Assembly: GCA_963677435.1 (NCBI GenBank)
Contig: OY781945.1
Coordinates: 3,040,001 to 3,104,000 of the forward strand
DNA length: 64,000 nucleotides
Reading direction: 5' to 3'
From: an uncultured Aliarcobacter sp.
GTDB lineage: Bacteria; Campylobacterota; Campylobacteria; Campylobacterales; Arcobacteraceae
Part shown: positions 63,900 to 64,000 of the stretch, piece by piece
Numbering within the stretch: the first letter of the stretch is position 1
Layout: the number at the start of each line of letters is the position of its first letter
The notes under the pieces: model-generated
Told to the model about the DNA's origin: nothing
What the model saw: the letters and a program-made list of their open reading frames with translations, nothing else
Databases searched by the model: none
Position numbers and translations under genes: made by a program

Positions 63900-64000
63900 T
63901 TAATTATTTACATGCCAAGATTCTGGAAATCCTACTTTTATATGCTCATCTTTAACCAGCTCAATAAAAGTTAAAATATTAATTTTTAACTCTTCTTTTG
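63900..64000 (-). CDS. C-terminal fragment of an upstream ORF, product unknown
   Basis: Open frame ...KEELKINILTFIELVKDEHIKVGFPESWHVNN* ending 9 bp before arsC. Confidence 0.55.
   Translation of the reverse strand, partial: KEELKINILTFIELVKDEHIKVGFPESWHVNN

Overview
AT-rich chromosomal window from a member of the Campylobacterota, most likely Arcobacteraceae (inferred from gene content, gene order and protein style). No rRNA, tRNA, CRISPR array, prophage or IS element was seen. Content in order: housekeeping genes (rpsR-ssb-rpsF, holA, rnr, ilvC, dprA, murC, dapC, tgt, gatC, class II DAHP synthase, tal, serB, metF, ruvX, acpS, panC, rimO, tilS); a flagellar cluster (fliS, fliD, flgK, flgH, fliL, fliQ, flgI, fliM plus several unassigned genes); a nitrogen locus (two amt-PII cassettes, an ankyrin protein, a membrane protein, a histidine kinase, a degenerate NtrC-like regulator and glnD); a binding-protein/histidine-kinase pair; a MerR-headed phospholipid operon ending in aas; SulP and DctA-type transporters; and the distal part of an arsenic/chromate resistance operon. 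The strongest unexplained signal is a 17-bp palindrome, TGYNTA-N5-TATACA. It occurs four times in the nitrogen locus, each time 30-31 bp upstream of a perfect TATAAT. It sits before both amt genes, an uncharacterised membrane protein, and a receiver-less, GAFTGA-less NtrC-type regulator coupled to glnD. This points to a candidate sigma54-independent, sigma70-type nitrogen regulon. All calls are by eye; no database searches were run.
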